From Octopus sinensis (lineage: Eukaryota): a DNA stretch of 64,000 nt. The stretch is taken from contig NC_043003.1 of the NCBI RefSeq assembly GCF_006345805.1, forward strand, positions 28,768,001-28,832,000. The letters run 5' to 3'. The position numbers and the translations under genes were made by a program. Positions 62,701 through 64,000 of the stretch are shown piece after piece. The notes under the pieces were generated by a model that made no database searches, was not told where the DNA came from, and was given only the letters and a program-made list of their open reading frames with translations. The stretch's first letter is position 1; each line of letters opens with the position of its first letter.

Positions 62701-63814
62701 TCCTTCGAAACGTTTAGTAGATGAAATCTTAGCGACTGAAGAAGGGGATTTTTCGTTGTGCTTATTGTCCTGTATCTCTCCTTTTTTTTCGCTTGTCTTG
62801 TTCCTGGTTTGTGTCTATGTGTTTCGTCTCTCTATGTGTTCGACGTCTTTTTGGTGTCCTGTACACATATATGCGTGTATATGTACATGTAGAGGTAGGT
62901 ACGTACATATATGTTTATATATATGCATATATCTATTTTATTAACATATTATACGACTAAACGCACGCACCCTATTAAGTAAGATTGTTCTGTTTATCAA
63001 GTTAGCCTTGATATGAACTCTCACGCGACTCTGCATCTTTCTTTCTTTCTCTCCCATTCCCTTTTTCGTCTTTTTTTCCCTCACTTAACTTGTCTCTTCC
63101 TCTCTCTCTCATTCTTCATTCTCTCTCTCCCTTTCACCATTCTTCATGGTCTCCTCGCACCATTCCCCTTCTCTCTCTCTTCCTCTTGCTCCTCCTCCCC
63201 CATTCCGTCATCCATCTGCGACGATACTTCCGTCGTCGTAACTGCTATCCTGTCTTTTCTCGCCCGCCTTGTAAGGCTTCTGGTCGACAAATTTCCCCTC
63301 TCTCGTCTTCCACGATAATCCAGCGTTTGCAATACTTTTTTCGTCTGGCGTTAACAGCCCTTCTTATCTTGTTCTCCTTGTCCTGTCTCTCACTGTTATT
63401 AATTTATTTTTCCACTGTTTATATATATATTTTTTACTGTTTATATGTTGTACTGTCGTTAACGTCTTGCTTTTTTTTACCCCTCTGCGAAAAGATCTCA
63501 GAATTTTAATTGATTTGCTTTTCGCGGGAAGGAATTTTTCTTCGAAGTATACGTCTCGCTTTTATCCTTCGAAACGTTTAGTAGATGAAATCTTAGCGAC
63601 TGAAGAAGGGGATTTTTCGTTGTGCTTATTGTCCTGTATCTCTCCTTTTTTTCGCTTGTCTTGTTCCTTGGTTTGTGTCTATGTGTTTCGTCTCTCTATG
63701 TGTTCGACGTCTTTTTGGTGTCCTGTACACATATATGCGTGTATATGTACATGTAGAGGTAGGTACGTACATATATGTTTATATATATGCATATATTCTA
63801 TTTTATTAACATAT
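62701..63814 (+). mobile_element. Penelope-like non-coding element with about 250-bp direct terminal repeats (62701-62949, 63565-63814)
   Basis: Near-identical repeats, 864-bp period, containing cgaaacgtt and ctgaagaag motifs; diverged homolog at about 43180-43400; no credible internal ORF. Confidence 0.6.
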
Positions 63815-64000
63815 ATATATATATATATATATATGATGGAGTTCCGTAAAATTTTTGTTCTACAAGATTCCACCTACAAATGAAATGCAGTAGCTTCTGC
63901 CTGCAGCTGAAGAAAAAAATCTTGTCAAAACCTCTTAGACACAATCTAAATTTGAAAGCGGTTTAGCTCGCCATTACTACGCACAAGCTACTTTTCCATA

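Noticed and set aside
63013-63509. Hydrophobic ORFs resembling membrane proteins
   Set aside because: Arise from CT-rich low-complexity sequence inside the direct-repeat element; no domain or splice support.
870-63883. Numerous YI/CV/HT/YLSI-rich and RPRKDERQSRPRRNLNSE ORFs
   Set aside because: Read-throughs of microsatellites and of family C SINE copies.

Overview
Eukaryotic, AT-rich, repeat-saturated DNA with no confidently identifiable host protein-coding exon, rRNA, intact tRNA or CRISPR array, so probably intergenic or deep intronic. The repeat content (dense TA/GT/GATA/TATG microsatellites, several tRNA-derived modular SINE families) strongly suggests an octopus or other coleoid cephalopod genome; this is pattern recognition, not a database result. 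Nearly all ORF-track entries are microsatellite read-throughs. Real coding relics are all transposon-derived. They comprise a nearly complete CR1-group LINE (CCCH finger, APE, RT; 25.7-29.3 kb), five RTE fragments, three other CR1 3' ends, two mariner relics and a CRE-like endonuclease relic. There is also a Helitron end, a palindromic MITE and a truncated tRNA-Thr(AGT) pseudogene. The most interesting signal is a set of minimal type-I hammerhead-ribozyme motifs in short non-coding Penelope-like elements. One looks intact (44147-44181) and shows covariation against a homolog. One family joins a tRNA-derived Pol III head to a hammerhead-bearing tail and carries an inverted copy of its 3' end, i.e. 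a candidate ribozyme-carrying, Penelope-mobilised SINE. Also notable are two SINE/LINE shared 3' tails and 184-bp SINE multimers with the same junction at two loci. Family labels A-E are working names. Element boundaries are hand-estimated and may be off by several bases.
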